The position numbers and the translations under genes were made by a program. Shown here one piece after another: positions 63,110 through 64,000 of a stretch of 64,000 nucleotides of DNA; position 1 is the stretch's first letter; every line of letters begins with the position of its first letter. Source of the stretch: Mobula hypostoma (Eukaryota); assembly GCF_963921235.1 (NCBI RefSeq), contig NC_086099.1, positions 163,804,001 through 163,868,000 on the forward strand, given 5' to 3'. The notes under the pieces were generated by a model. That model did not search any database. It was not told the origin of the DNA and saw nothing but the letters and a program-made list of their open reading frames with translations.

Positions 63110-63530
63110 GAAGTCAAATCTTCTTCCAGTTATATAGAGCCTTGTTGAAGTTACATCTGGAATATTGTGCGCAGATCTGTTCTCCTTAACAAAGGAAGGA
63201 TATCATGCCACCATAAAAGTTCACCAGATCGATTCTGGGCTTGGTGACTTCGTTAAATGAGGAATATTTAATGAACTGAGCTTGTACTCTCTTGAGTTTG
63301 GAAGAAGGTGAGGTGATAGATCTGAGAGACAAAATTCATACAGTACTCTGCAGAGTAGATGCAGTTGACCTAGTCCCTTGCTGGGCTGTCTAGACCAGGA
63401 GTCAGCATCTCAAAATAAGTGTCAACTTCTCAGGACCGAGATGAGAGTTCACTCAAAGGGCCATGGATCTCTGAATTTCTCTACCCAAATGGTTATGAAG
63501 ACTCAGTCACAAATGACATTTGAAATAAAG
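63110..63530 (+). mobile_element. Old CR1 fragment
   Basis: CATCTGGAATATTGTGCGCAGATCTG (HLEYCAQI) and the downstream CR1 3' ORF remnant. Confidence 0.7.
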
Positions 63531-63619
63531 AAGGCACAAGATGGCTGGCTGGAAAGACAAAGCAGATGAGGAATACAAACATCACTGAGTATACTTCGCC
63601 ATCGAAAAGCACCTTCTCT

Positions 63620-64000
63620 ATGGAATTAATGAACACATATGCATTTGGTCCACAGTAGCATGCAACCAACATACTACAGTAATCGATGTATGTGCCCAGT
63701 TCCCAATAAGCTTTGGATGAGGCTAAGGAAGACTTCTCTGAAAGCTTATTTGAGAAAAGTGCTGGTCTGCATCCAAGAAACAAACTGATCCTCAACTTCA
63801 GCACCATGGTGGTGGGAAAAGATGCAAGCTTCTGGCAAGGCAGGATCAGCAAGAAGGGGCGTAGAAGACAAAATGCAGTGAAATCGTTCTTCTAACAATA
63901 TAAGATAGGGAACTGTCATGTCATATTGACATCTTGTTTCATCAGAGTTACAAGCAAAGGCCACCACAATGCAGCAGGCACCGAAACCTGTTTGAATGCA
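63620..64000 (+). mobile_element. Degenerate RTE-clade endonuclease region
   Basis: YVPS...DEAKEDFSESL...RNKLILNFSTMVVGKD..FWQGRISKKG resembles the RTE motif YAPT...EEKEDFY...DKLILLGDFNARVG.D..W.GVIGK.G. Confidence 0.7.

Overview
Repeat-dense vertebrate DNA with no host protein-coding gene, rRNA, tRNA or CRISPR array that I can support, so it is probably a large intron or intergenic region. The repeat mix (CR1, Rex1/Babar and RTE LINEs, Penelope-like elements (PLEs), V-SINEs, LTRs, Tc1-type MITEs) suggests a cartilaginous fish, most likely a ray; this is inferred from repeat style only. Nearly every ORF in the track is a retroelement fragment or a chance or low-complexity ORF. Structures beyond routine repeat masking: (1) three unrelated PLE families carry the same minimal hammerhead-ribozyme motif (stem I-CTGANGA-N-stem II-GAAACGTY-stem I') and often occur as asymmetric inverted mini-elements; (2) a ~490-bp composite Tc1-like element, present three times, whose terminal repeats are themselves palindromic mini-MITEs around passenger DNA; (3) a hidden 3.2-kb LTR element (3987-7159, TG...CA, CTAT target-site duplication (TSD)) containing a 32-bp minisatellite, a duplicated U3 hairpin with a compensatory base pair and an R-region hairpin; (4) a Rex1-type LINE with twin-priming-like inversion geometry; (5) a young 844-bp solo LTR. 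Boundaries of old, degenerate repeats are approximate and family names come from motif recognition, not database searches.
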